A program made the position numbers and the translations under genes. Below the pieces are notes generated by a model. It worked only from the letters and a program-made list of their open reading frames with translations, was not told the origin of the DNA and did no database searches. This document shows, piece after piece, positions 12,371 to 24,525 of a stretch of DNA of 64,000 nt. Origin of the DNA: Tubulanus polymorphus (taxonomy: Eukaryota; Animalia; Nemertea); the NCBI RefSeq assembly GCF_964204645.1, contig NC_134025.1, positions 14,384,001 through 14,448,000 on the forward strand. The letters are read 5' to 3'. The first letter of the stretch is position 1, and each line of letters begins with the position of its first letter.

Positions 12371-12443
12371 TGGTTTCACTAGGATTCGAACCCTCAACCT
12401 CTCGGCTATGAGTCAAACACCTTATCCACCCTGCCACAGGACA
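12371..12443 (-). other. tRNA-derived (SINE-head-like) Pol III module inside HINE copy A
   Basis: - strand reads GTCCTGTGGCAGGGTGGATAAGGTGTTTGACTCATAGCCGAGAGGTTGAGGGTTCGAATCCTAGTGAAACCA. A-box and B-box are at tRNA spacing but the acceptor stem does not pair. Confidence 0.7.
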
Positions 12444-12805
12444 GGGCGCGTCTGTTACCGTTAGTGGGAGTACGCGACACGGCGAGTGGTGATTGCTACT
12501 ATCATCCGGTGTTATCTTACAGTAAGTAATTTTAAGTTAAAAATAGGATGGAGAGTGCATAGATAGAATCTACGCGAAGAGAATGAGTGTTATATTACTA
12601 TCAGAATTCTACATTTCGATTAGAAGCTTTTAGTTGTCGAATCTGATAGAAGATGAATTTTATGTGGGAAAAAAAAGTGGAAAATATGTAAATAATAATA
12701 ATAATCAACAGAATTGCAAGAGGGTTTTCGAAGAAAGTCAGAAAACCCTAAATATAGCTGCAAAGCAGCGATAACGGGTTTTCTGCTTTCTTAGAATCCT
12801 GTTCA

Positions 12806-13045
12806 TTGGTGGATTTCGACAAAGCATTTGATAAGGCACAACATCAGCCATTACTAACTAAACAGGCTATTAGGAAACAGTATCAATGATAGGTCGCCCA
12901 AATGGCTCAGCAGTTATCTCTGAACGAAAACTTATAGCCAAAATCAACGGAACGCCTCATCTTGGAATAAGTTGGTCTAACTAGTGGAGTCACGCTAGGT
13001 AGTATCCTAAGTCGTCTACTGTTTAATGTCCTGACAAATGACATA
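12806..13045 (+). pseudogene. Captured non-LTR (CR1/L2-group) reverse transcriptase fragment
   Basis: Translates LVDFDKAFDKAQHQPLLTK ... KWLSSYL ... TSGVTLGSILSRLLFNVLTNDI, i.e. the DF.KAFD and SGVPQGS motifs. A second copy is on the - strand at ~572-812. Confidence 0.8.
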
Positions 13046-14030
13046 CACAGTAATCCAAAATATACCGCAAATCAATTGTGACAAAGTATTGATGCGAATG
13101 ACCTATTTAGTTCATCGACCATGTACCGAACACTATTATTGTGCCCCAGCATTTGGGGTCATTCTACTTGAACCCCAACATTCAATATGTCCACCAGATT
13201 CTGGTGATGATAAAGTCCTTTTAATTTTTCTGCCAACTTCATTTCTTCTTTCATATTCATCTAACATTAAACATCATTAAGTTTGCGTCCCCTTATTGAA
13301 ATTAGGTTAACTATCTCAATATATCGATGTAACTAGGAAGACCTTATTGAAAATGTCGTGATTTTTATGTCGACTTTTTGCGATATCGTCTCAATAAATT
13401 GCTATACGTATCACAACATTTTAGCTAAAGGAGTGATAATTATGTCGACGGTACACGGTTATGTTGAGTTACAGACGTCGACATTGGTGAAAGGCGTGAT
13501 CCTTATAACGATTTGTCGTGATATTAACACGATATATCGACTTAATTATGTCGATAAATCGCGATATATCACGTTTGTTCGACATAATTTCGTCGTGATA
13601 AAAGGTCGCGACGGTTTTGTACGGGTCCCATATATACGGAAGTACAGAAGCGATAAAGGGCCTCGAGTTGTCGCATTCCAACTCGACAAAGTCGCCATAT
13701 TTATGTCGACATATCACGATATATCGCTTCAAGTCGACATGAATAATATTCATGACGACTTGAAACTCAGTCGCCATATTACTGGCGTCCTCATCTTACA
13801 TTTCGACGTGTCTTCAAATGACGGCTTGTCCCGTGGAAAATGGGCGAAAAAGCGAAATTTGTCGTGAAAACATCACGATATGTCGACATATTCATGTCGA
13901 CTTGACGCGATATATCGCGATATGTCACTTAAAAAAAGAAAGAATCTGCCGAAATGACCTTAATATTCGACACTATATCAGATTAATCGACTTCAAAATA
14001 GGCGAAAGCATAAGTCTTAACTTATAAGTA

Positions 14031-14530
14031 ATAACCAAACTAATGTATTGTCGCGGGCGATAAAACCAAAATAATCAATTGTCGCGGGCGATAAAACCAA
14101 AATAATGAATTGTCGCTGGCGATAAAACCAAACTAATGAATTGTCGCGGGCGATAAAACCAAAATAATGAATTGTCGCGGGTGATAAAACCAAAATAATG
14201 AATTGTCGCTGGCGATAAAACCAAAATATTGAATTGTCGCAGGTCAAAATATTGAATTGTCGCGTGCGACAAAAAAAAAAAGAATTGTCGCGGGCGATCA
14301 AACCAAATTAATGAATTGTCGCTGGCGATAAAACCAAAATATTGAATTGTTGCGGGCGACAAAACCAAAAAAATGAATTGTCGCGGGCGATAAAACCAAA
14401 ATATTGAATTGTCGCGTGCGACAAAACCAAATTATTGATTTGTTGCGGGTGACAAAACCAAATTAATGAATTGTCGCGGGTGATAAAACCAAAATTATTG
14501 TTTTCTTGCGGGCGACAAAACTAAAATTAT
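14031..14530. repeat. 31-bp minisatellite (~15 units, ATAAAACCAAAATAATGAATTGTCGCGGGCG), probably internal to a DNA element spanning ~13640-14630
   Basis: Directly visible tandem units. Weak inverted ends (GATAAAGGGCC ~13651 / GGCCCTTATC ~14611). Confidence 0.9.
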
Positions 14531-14885
14531 TGTTTTGTTGCGTTATTTTAGTTTTGTCGTTTTGTCATGATGTCGCCCTCATTTGCATATTCGTGTTTTT
14601 TTTTACGCATGGCCCTTATCAGCCACCATACTAAAGCCTTAAGGTCGCGTAAAACTCAATAAACACTTCAAGCGACACAGCGAACGATCTCCTTTCCCCC
14701 ACAGCGAACGCTTAACCTAGTAGAGGCTACTAGCCTATGTAGGCCTATGTATATGCGTAGGCCTAACATCCGGACAGATTGGTCGTAGGCCTATTGAATA
14801 ACAACCCACCTAAATATCGTAAATTTTGTTTTGAAGTTCAATCCAATGAGTCCGTTAATAAACGCAACAATTATACTGTGTTTGT

Positions 14886-15090
14886 TGTTCTTGTTTATCC
14901 TCGGGTCCTGGCGTTTAAACTATAAACTGGCCCTTGAATCAGAGAAACCAATCTATCTGACTCTAACACCTGCTTCCATATTTGATCAACAACTTTATTA
15001 TGCAACAGCTATACAAAAAAATCAACTCAAAAATTTGATATGTAACAGATGTAACAATTTTCAATATAAGATCACAGGTTCGAATCTTCA
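14886..15090 (-). repeat. BEL/Pao 3' LTR
   Basis: Matches 21885-22089 with about 4 substitutions counted by eye. Polypurine tract GGGGGGAGGA is adjacent on the - strand (15091-15100). Confidence 0.95.
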
Positions 15091-15624
15091 TCCTCCCCCC
15101 TAAAGTGACATCCTGTCTCTTTAATTACTCTTAAGTCTATATCCACTAAATTAAACAAAATCTAACTTAACTATAGCTTAACATTGAACTTTTAAGAACT
15201 AAACTATTTCTATAAATTTTCTGAAGAAATTACTTAACTTAACACTTGTAATATACATTAATTGGAATGATTCTTTGTAATTTTACCAAGATTTGTATAT
15301 GAATTATATCTAAATCTATTTCTATATGTGCAGCATATACTTAAAACAATTTTCACTTAAACTCAATTATCTAAATACAATGTAGTCACACAAATCTAAT
15401 GTTCAACTTTCAACGCAACACGCGAACCGCAAACGAATTATTGCGACTAGATAATCTCAAAATTGACTTTTAACACAAATTACTCTTCGGTGAGTAATCA
15501 AACATATTTATGCGACAATATATGTTTGCTGATTTCTAATTCCAACCAACGAATGGATTATGCATCAAATTCGGTTTTTCCTTTCGAATGATTGTTTCAC
15601 TGTTTATACAACGCATAACTGATA

Positions 15625-17910
15625 TTATTTTGAATTAAATTCCAGAGGACAGATGTTGCCTATGGAACGCTTATAAACCTTTTTCGAGGTTTCAACATCA
15701 ACAACACGAATTAATCCATCTTTTCCTGGATAGACCGATTTGATTTCTCCCAATTTCCACTGCCGCCTTGGAAGATCCTTATCGATAACTAACACAATAT
15801 CTCCGTTCGCAATGTTCTGATTTGGAGACAACCATTTCTTTCTCGCGCTCAACTGGGGTAGAATCTCTTGGATCCACCTACCCCAAAACTGACGAACGAC
15901 TTCCTGACTATGTCGCCACTTGTTACGCAAATTGAACGGAATGCAGTCTACACTACTCGGCGCAGTATCTCCGCTGACTCGTCCCACGATAAAATGATTT
16001 GGTGTCAACATAGGTTCATTTATATCTTGACCAACCAACGGTCTCGAGTTCATTAGTCCTTCAACTAACGTAACGACTGTACGAAACTGCTCATCGTTTA
16101 ATTCGCTACCTCCGATTATTGCTTTTATCGAACGCTTTGCGGCTTTAATCATTATTTCAAATACACCACCGAAATGTGGACTAACAGGTGGATTCCAAAT
16201 CCAGTTTACTCCGTTATTCGCTAAGTTATTCGATATCTTATCTTGATCAAGACTATCAAGACAATCGACGAGCTCCTTCAACTCTGATTCTCCTGAAACG
16301 AAACTTCCACCGTTATCTGATAAGCATCTTTTAGGCCACCCACGCCTCGCCGCAAATCTTGAGAATGCGCAAAGGAACGTATCTGTATCCAGGCTATCAG
16401 TAGCTTCGAGATGTACCGCTCTGACTTGCAGATCGACCATCAAAAGGAGGTATCTTTTCGCCCTAGTACGACCTCTGCCCATCTTAACTGAAAACGGACC
16501 CGCGAAATCCAGACCGATTTCTGAAAACACATTCCATGATGGGTTTACTCGAATACTAGGCAGAGGAGCCATCTGTTGACTGAGACGCTTCTTTCGTAAC
16601 CATCTAAGACAATACGCACAGTTGTTTACGATTTTCTTAACCGCAGTCGACCCTTGTAAAATCAGATATTTTCTACGAAGAGTGTTAAGAATATGTACTG
16701 GTCCTACACTATGTGCAGTATCATCATGTGCCTGTACTATCAAAAGTCTTGTAATGTCTCTCAACTTTGACAGAATTATCGGAAATTTTGTTTCTTCCGG
16801 TAATAATTCGCATCTTTCGACTCTCGATCGAAGAACTCCATTTTCGTCCAGGTATGGGTTCAACCCTGCGATTTTACTACTGAGTAATACATGTTTCTTC
16901 TTTTTTAATGCTACTATTTCTTCACTGAAAGCTTCTCTTTGACCTACTTTCACTAACTCTACTTCCGCTGCTTTCAGTTCATCAGGAGACAATACACGAT
17001 CATTATTTCTGCTCGACTTACACGTTTTACAGTTCAATACAAATCGCTTAACCCACGCATAAATTCGAACCAGCGAGGATCCTGTCAAGGATATACCACT
17101 GTTTTGTACGGGTAACCATCTAGACCATCGACTAAGTTTCAAACTCCACACAAATTCATCGAGTGGAATATTCGTCATCGAATCATCATTTTCTTTGCGA
17201 TTTTCTGTATTTTCGACATTTAAATCCAACGCACGAATCATGAACCCAGTAGGTTTTTCTGTGTCTGGATTTTCGAATGTTTCATGAGTAATATAATCCC
17301 TCCAATCTTTACGAATTTCATCCATTGCTTTGGATGATATTTTGATCTCTGTTTTTGGCCACGAGTCGGAGTTATCACATAGAAATTGTGGTCCGTGCCA
17401 CCATAACTCTTCATTTTTCAACCGAACTATACTGCAGCCTCTTGACGTGACATCTGCCGGATAACAGCTTGTTGGTACGTATCTCCACTGAGACGGAGAG
17501 GTAACTTCATGAATTGTACCAACACGATTTGAAACAAAAGTCTGGTAGCTTCGACTTTCTCCTCTTAACCAGAACAAAACATCATAAGAGTCGCTCCAGA
17601 AAGTAGCTTCTTCTATTGGTAATTTCAGCACTTTACATACTCCTCTTGTCAACTGCATACCAATTTCCGCAGCCATTAACTCTAGCTTCGGAATTGAAAT
17701 ACTCTTTGTTGGAGCCAACTTCGATTTTGCAGTAACTAGCGTGACAGTAACTGAATCTTCATATGTAGTTAACTGATACACTGCTGTGGAGTAAGCTCTA
17801 ATCGAAGCATCACCGAATGTGTGTAAAGTCACCGATTTTACATCTTTTCGAGTCTTCAAACATCTTGGTATGTGGAGACATGAGATCAATGACAAATCTT
17901 CACACCACAA
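15625..17910 (-). pseudogene. BEL/Pao pol C-terminal part: Pao RNase H-like (peptidase A17) region, integrase zinc finger, rve core and C-terminal domain
   Basis: LHTFGDASIRAY, SIPKLELMAA, FWSDS, GLDFAGPF, SDNGGSF, PHFGGVFE, NSRPL, FWGRWIQE. Out of frame with the upstream RT. Confidence 0.95.
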
Positions 17911-18003
17911 TTTCCATTTCTGACGTAATTGTGACGTAAGAATCTCATCCCATTCGAGTCCTTTCAGCCAGGTTTCTTGCAGAATGATTTTCGCTTCAAG
18001 GAC

Positions 18004-18727
18004 TTAAGGTGTTATAAGTCCCATTGGGTCAAATATCCGAGCGATATGACTGAGAACTTCACGTTTCGTTATACTGTCGTGGTATTCTGGTACGTTAACT
18101 TGATATTCAAATGTGTCTGATTCTGCTTTCCAGTAGACACCCAGAACTTTGGTTTTTGGCAATACATTGTCTTGAATCTTCAATCTATCGGATTCCGGAA
18201 TATCTTCTAAGACAGTTCTGTCATTTGACATCCATTTTCTATAATGAAATCCTCCATCTGTAGCCAAAGCCGTTAACTGTTGTCTGGTGGCTATGGCAAC
18301 ATCTGGGTCATCCATTGAACAAATGGTGTCATCCATGTATGTTTTCGAATCAACTGCATCAGCTGCAAGGGGATAAACTTCTTTCTTCATTTTCGCATGA
18401 GTCTGCCATACATACTGAGCACAACAAGGAGAGTATGTTCCACCGAATACATGCCTTTTAAATTCATAGACTTCAATTTCACCGGATATCTGATTTTTCC
18501 AGAGAAATCTATGATACTTTGGATCTTCTGGCTTCATTTCTATTTGCAAATACATCTGTGAAAGATCTGCACCCATAGCTATGAGTCCACTTCTGAATGG
18601 AATCAAAACTTTAAATAAATCAGCTTGAAGTTTCGGTCCGGCATAAGCTTCGGAGTTGGGACTTTTTCCATTGTACTTCGACGATCCATCAAATACGATA
18701 CGTACTTTTGTTGTTTCTCTATCTGTT
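18004..18727 (-). pseudogene. BEL/Pao reverse transcriptase domain
   Basis: TTKVRIVFDGS, ADLSQMYLQI, HVFGGTYSP, TYMDD, IFDPMGLITP. Confidence 0.95.
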
Positions 18728-19352
18728 GTTTCCATGCTAACTGTGACCGGACGACACAGTCTCCAGAACGCTTTGTTTTTGCGCGGTGTGGCGCCACGTC
18801 ACAGGTGTTTGACCTACTTATCCCCTTACTGTCTAAATGGCAATGTATAAAGCTTATACGGCTTGTATGTATGCCTGGTAGTCCTGGCAACCCCAGGGAC
18901 TTGTTTTTGTTCGAGTTCGCTGGCGGGTGTATGAATAAAATCTATGTAGGTCACGAAAGTCAATAACGGTGAATTGAGGTCAAGTTGTGTAAACAAAGTC
19001 GGGCAAAATTGAAAGCTTTATAAATAGACACAGCGGCTGGTATACGGTGTCTATACATGACGCAGTGGATATAATGAAGATATATAGAGAGAATATGAAG
19101 CTGCAGTTAGGGGTAGGGGTACCCGAATGACCCGAAAGTAGGTCAATTTTTTTTTTGGACATTTTGGGGGCCCCTAACGACCCCAGAATAGCTAGATCAT
19201 CAGAAACAAGCTAAATCATCATATTTTAGTGTAGGGAAGCGTATTAGACCGTCTAGAAGTTTGAGAACCCAATATTTTTTGAAAAAATTTTTTTTTCGAA
19301 ATAAAATTAGCAAAATCTCAGGATCTGGTTTTTAGAGAAGTCGCATGGAAAG
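18728..19352. mobile_element. ~625-bp non-autonomous TIR element inserted in BEL pol
   Basis: Splits the conserved YLPHFPIVK|TDRETTKVRIVFD motif. Ends TTTCCATGC / GCATGGAAA. Short 2-4 bp target duplication (tgtt/agtt). Confidence 0.8.
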
Positions 19353-20481
19353 AGTTTTAACTATCGGAAAATGAGGTAAATACCATGCATCAACATTTTC
19401 GAACGATTTTAATGGACCTTTGAATTCGATATAATCTTTGGTCAGGTATTCTGCGATTGTTTCTTCATACGATTTTTTGATGTCCGGATTGGAATCAATT
19501 TTCTTCATTAATAATTTAAGTCTGTTCAACGCTACTGACTGATTATTTTCCAGATCGGGACTTTCATCCTTCCAAGGAACGCCAATTTCATAACGCTTGC
19601 CGTCGAACTTCAACGATTGCTCAAGCTTTTTCTGAGCTATTTCTTCGTCAACAGATAATTTGGATCTTGATTCATCGAGACCCGATTTTTCTATCTCCCA
19701 AAACGCTTTTAGGGTAGAATCTAACGAAATTTCTTCTTCATTCGGATTTTCACGATTAGCCAAAATCGTTTGACAGATTACATGAGTCTGTTTCTTCACG
19801 TTATGTGACTGATTTACATTGTCACCGATACACGTCCAACCGAGCGGACAAAGACGAGCGATTGGATCCGACGGATTTGGACCGCATATTTCTTTCAAAC
19901 AGTACAGTAGATGTCTACAATCTTTTCCAAGTATTCCCTCAACTGTAGAATTAACACCAACATCTGGAAAGGGGTATACCTTGTAGATGTGTCCACCGAT
20001 TACGTATCTTCGACCATGCAATCGACACCATACTGTCACAAACGTAATCCACTACGTAAAATCGCTGCGTGGCTAAGATTTTATCTGAACCGTTGTAATG
20101 TCTTATGTTTACATCACAAACTTTCGATTTCGTTGAAATTTCCGAACCATTGAATACTTTAACCATCAAAGTTTCATTGTTATATTTCAAATTACGCATA
20201 TGCGATACAGCGTGAGTACTGAGGTAACTAATGTCACTGCACTCATCTAGAAGAACTATTATCTGACGTTTATCATGACCATCACCAATATAGATAGGAA
20301 GAGTTCTCATTCCAACGTTCACTGAACTATCTATAGCATATATCTGCTTCGCCATAAACGAACCATTCTTTTTTACGTCAATTTCTAATGACGACTGGAT
20401 AGTTTCTTGATCTGTAGTTTCATCATCTTTATTTTCCCGATCATAAGTTTCTGATTTCTTAAACTTCGGTCGATGCAACAT
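19353..20481 (-). pseudogene. BEL/Pao aspartic protease and pre-RT region (frameshifted)
   Basis: IIVLLDECSDISY (LDSGS-like), PIARLCPLGWTCIG, FWEIEKSG, RYEIGVPWK, WYLPHFPIVK. Confidence 0.9.
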
Positions 20482-21759
20482 CGAACTGTGTGTTAGAGTA
20501 CAGCCAGATACTCCACACTGTCGTCTACTATTACAATCCGAACCACGGTGATACGGATGTAAACATCAAAAACATAAACCAAGCCTTTTTGCAGTAGTCC
20601 AACGTTCATCGATTTTCATCTTTCGGAAACGGTCGCATTTTACTTCAGTGTGTTCCATTCCACACACGCTACATTTTACTGAATTACCCACGAAGGTACC
20701 ACTACGTTTATTCGGTAATTTTCTATCAACAGTCTTCGAATCATTCGATACTCCATGAAGACCCTTAACTGCTTCACGAGCTTTCACCTTTCGCGCAACG
20801 ACTTCTGAAAACCATTCACTTAAGGAAGCTAGACCTTTGTCACATGATCTCGAGCTTAACCAGTCATAGTACTGTACAAGCAATAACTCAGGAATCTTTC
20901 GAGATACAATGCTATACCAAGCACCATCACCGAGATCATCACCTTTTCCTCCAGCTTTCAATTTTGCTACTGCAACGACGAGATTATCCGACAATATTTC
21001 TAATTTGTCGATATCATAAATTGATGGCTTTTCTGACTTTTCCAATTCATCTAAATATCCCTGTAGTTTCCTTCGATCACCACCGAACTTCTGAACGAGT
21101 AACTTTTTTGCCGCTTCGTATTCCTCTAAGCTATAACCGAAACCCTTTATGGTATCAATAGCTTTTCCTTTCAACGAGTTCATCAACCGTAGCATTTTAT
21201 TAGCTGCTGGTTCATCTGTACTGTCAACTACGTTCACGAAGGCCGTCCAGTAACTGTCGAATGTCAACTTATTTCCATCAAATACAGGAACTTTTATGCG
21301 TTCAAGTTTGGAAACAGCTGCCGTAACCGACAATTCATCTTCTTCAAGGCTAATTCTCTTTCTTGGAGTGGACGTTTTCTTTTTACTCGTGTCATTAGAT
21401 TCATTGACCGAACGATTCAATAACAGAGAGCGAGCCTTTTCTATTTCATATTCTGTTGAATTAAAAACCTCTTCTGCTTCAGCTTGAATATTCTGAACTT
21501 TACTGTTATTTTCTGTTAAGTGGAGTTGTTCTAACTCATCTAGTACTGACCAGTAATTAAAGCCTAAATCTCTTTTCTCATGAATATTGTCTATTATTTC
21601 TAATACGTGACTACCATCAGTATCTTCTTTACTTTCTAAGACCTTTGCTGTCAATTTTGTTAGGAGTCTACTCAAAGTGCTTTTTTCTATTTTCTTAAGC
21701 TTTTTCAGCTCACCTAAACGACGTTTTGAAGTATTTCCGGTTGCATCAACATCAGCCAT
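20482..21759 (-). pseudogene. BEL/Pao gag with three Cys/His knuckles
   Basis: KLERIKVPVFDGNKLTFDSYWTAF (DUF1759-like), CSVCGMEHTEVKC, and LCF*CLHPYHRGSDC...CGVSGCTLTHSSMLH with an in-frame stop at 20566-20568. Confidence 0.92.
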
Positions 21760-21861
21760 GATTGCGAAATATTGTCAGCAGTTACTGAAGTCTAATTATC
21801 TGATGTTTATACTTGCTGTTCTATTTCTATTTCATGAGCCAGCTTTACAGTTTTCTTGTGT

Positions 21862-21879
21862 TCCCGGGTTTCGGCACCA
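21862..21879 (-). promoter_or_regulatory. Primer-binding site complementary to the tRNA-Phe 3' end
   Basis: + strand TCCCGGGTTTCGGCACCA equals the 3' 18 nt of animal tRNA-Phe including CCA. It lies 5 nt from the 5' LTR. Confidence 0.9.
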
Positions 21880-21884
21880 TTTTA

Positions 21885-22089
21885 TGTTCTTGTTTATCAT
21901 CGGGTCCTGGCGTTTAAACTATAAACTGGCCCTTGAATCAGGGAAACTAATCTATCTGACTCAAACACCTGCTTCCATATTTGATCAACAACTTTATTAT
22001 GCAACAGCTATACAAAAAAATCAACTCAAAAATTTGATATGTAACAGATGTAACAATTTTCAATATAAGATCACAGGTTCGAATCTTCA
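21885..22089 (-). repeat. BEL/Pao 5' LTR
   Basis: Direct repeat of 14886-15090, adjacent to the PBS. Confidence 0.95.
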
Positions 22090-24525
22090 TTTGTTTGAGA
22101 CTGTAAAGCTCAGTACCGGTAGGCCTAAAGCCGCGTCAAACTCGATAAACACTTCAAGCGACACAGCGAACGATCCCCTTTTCCCCACAGCGAACGCTTA
22201 CTCCGAATGTCAGGTGTGAGTCCAGCATACGGAAAGGATTGTGTTATATACTTGTATTTAGTAAATACCTTGTGCATTCGACAATGATCGGTATGTACTG
22301 TAGGAAATATAGAGTATTGATGGTATTGATATAGAGGTTGAAGCCTGCGGCCGAATAAAGTAATATATTCTTTTATTTTGATACCTCGTCGACATAACAG
22401 CTTTTCTCCGCTATATCTCTTCGGCGTGTTTCGTTTAGGCCTACCGACTCCCCGGTACACTTATGATTTATCTGAGTAAATACACGGTTAATTTGAAAAA
22501 GAAAAATAGGTATTGCTTAACTAACTGCTTGACGCCTGCAGCCAAATCACTGGTAGTAATAAATTAATTTGTACTCGATTTGATTCTCATGATGAGGTGT
22601 AACTCACAGCTGATCCCCGGAACGACAATGTAGTGACACACGTCGATTCTTGGATGTTTACGGCTCGACAGTGCTTTTAAAATCTAAAGTAGTAAATTTC
22701 CTGTATATCGGTAATACGATTTGATGAGGAAAATGGGCTATTGTTAAAATTAGTTTTTAAAAACCGCGACAGAATGTGCAATCTTTGGGTAATAAATTTG
22801 TTAATTTATGCTTGAATTGATAATTGATGTGACAAGAAACGTGCGGTAGATTTCGGAAAGAGGACTTAGAAAAACATGTCGGCTCTTTGAATGGGGCTCA
22901 ATTTTCGATGTTTACAGTGCTTTTGTAACGATGATTCTTCAAAATACGCACGGAGTATTTGTAGATCGAAGTGAGCTGAATGATATCAGACGGATTGTAT
23001 CGACAACAGCGGCAAGGTAACAAAGCCTTTGTTCTTTTAGTAAAAATAGTGTGGAAGAAAATAATAATAATAAATATAGCTGCAAAGCAGCGATAACGGG
23101 TTTTCTGAGCAGGCGTGCTATTCATAATTTGAAAAGTGGATAAAAGAAATATATCAATACGGGATACGCATTTGATGTGTCAAGTCACACCAATGTGGTT
23201 TAACATAACATAATTTATAGTTATAGTCAAATTGGGGGTTACTCGGGTCGTTTAGTTGTCTGTGGAGTCGAGTAGATTGGTTACCCGTCTGTAACATTGG
23301 TTAGGGAAACGACTCGTCAGCTTGATAAGTTGTATGTATTATGATTGTGCACCACCTGCATTTTCCGAAATAATGTTCATATAATTATTTGAAGGGACGA
23401 TTGAAAACAATTATCAACGTACATCTGAATATGTGATAGTCCTTAGTAACTTTCTGTTGCAGAGGGCATAGAAAAGATTTTGAAATTATTTAATTAAAAT
23501 ATAAATTTTATTTACGGAAAATAAACTATTATGGTCAGTACAAATTGAAAATTCATAGTGTATTTTTAAGAACAAGCTTACATAGCTTACAGATACATCA
23601 CGTACGTTTGAATTTTATAAGTGATGGGTAAAAAATCAACGTGTGACCGCAAAACAGATACATCACGTACGTTTGAATTTTATAAGTGATGGGTAAAAAA
23701 TCAACGTGTGACCGCAAAAAATGTAGTTGATTATTTAACAATATCTAAATATGTGCTCTCTTTTTAAACTAATGGAGTGATGTGCAATTAATCACATGGC
23801 CTGTATTAAAAGATAGAATATACAAATTGGATATTTATAAGTCGAAACATGTGAACAGAAACTCAAACTTTGATGTCAGTGACCAGTAGTATGGAATTAC
23901 ACAACGACAATTGGCTTTAAACTCAACAAACATTATTAAAGAATGTTTCAAACAAAATGCTTTATATAACGACATGAATAAACTTGTTTTACAAAACAAG
24001 AAAGTACATTTTGAACTTTTGAATGGTCGAATCCCATTTATTCACAGTAACCTGTGATGTGGCGATCCTCGGAGCCATCATTCTTGATGACGTCACTAAC
24101 AAGTGGTCACGGCCGTCGCGTGCACTCATTTCTTTGAAAATCTAGCTTCCTCGCGGAGCGGGACCTGGTGACGCTGCGCCCCGCCCCCTTCGCGCTGAGA
24201 AATATCTTATTCCCAGTCAGCAAAGACAGGTTCTAAAGATCATAGAGTGCATCGCTGGAGGGTTTCCGATCCAATTTGAATTGGTGCGGTGGCGCTCTCA
24301 ATGCGGAAGTTTTTGTGAATTTTTCAGTCGGCGACGGACGTTTATCGTTGTAAGTGATGTAATGTGTAAAAAATGCAGGGAAACCTATCTCAATTTGTTT
24401 TTAGCGATGCAGCGGAACTAATAAGGAACATTTTGATATATAACATGACTATAGTACACTATCCCTGATGGAATAATAAGCTCCACTCGACAAACTCGTT
24501 CCCGTGCATTTTTATCTGTTTCAGC

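Larger units (their letters stand above)
7745..12750 (+). mobile_element. ~5-kb non-autonomous Helentron (HINE)-type element, copy A
   Basis: Head with GCTGC-AAA-GCAGC hairpin and subterminal GTTTTCTG. Tail with (AAT)n and AGGGTTTTC...CAGAAAACCCTA stem-loop. No TSD and no long ORF. Colinear and highly similar to 23072-29442. Confidence 0.8.
14886..22089 (-). mobile_element. Full-length, decayed BEL/Pao LTR retrotransposon
   Basis: Two 205-bp TG...CA LTRs, 5-bp TSD TTTGT (14881-14885, 22090-22094), PBS, PPT, and gag-PR-RT-RH-IN order. Confidence 0.97.

Noticed and set aside
12371-12443. Functional tRNA-Met (CAT) gene
   Set aside because: The acceptor stem does not pair, and the paralog at 29060 has a different anticodon-position sequence.
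13358-13867. 169-aa ORF as a protein-coding gene
   Set aside because: It lies in a motif-repetitive element, has no recognisable domain, and overlaps similar ORFs on both strands.
14017-14530. CRISPR-like array or repeat-protein ORFs (14017-14301, 14075-14368)
   Set aside because: Units are head-to-tail with no unique spacers, the context is eukaryotic, and the ORFs are just translations of the minisatellite.
15076-15088. B-box-like GGTTCGAATC in the BEL LTR as a tRNA gene
   Set aside because: No A-box or cloverleaf; a short match at the LTR edge.
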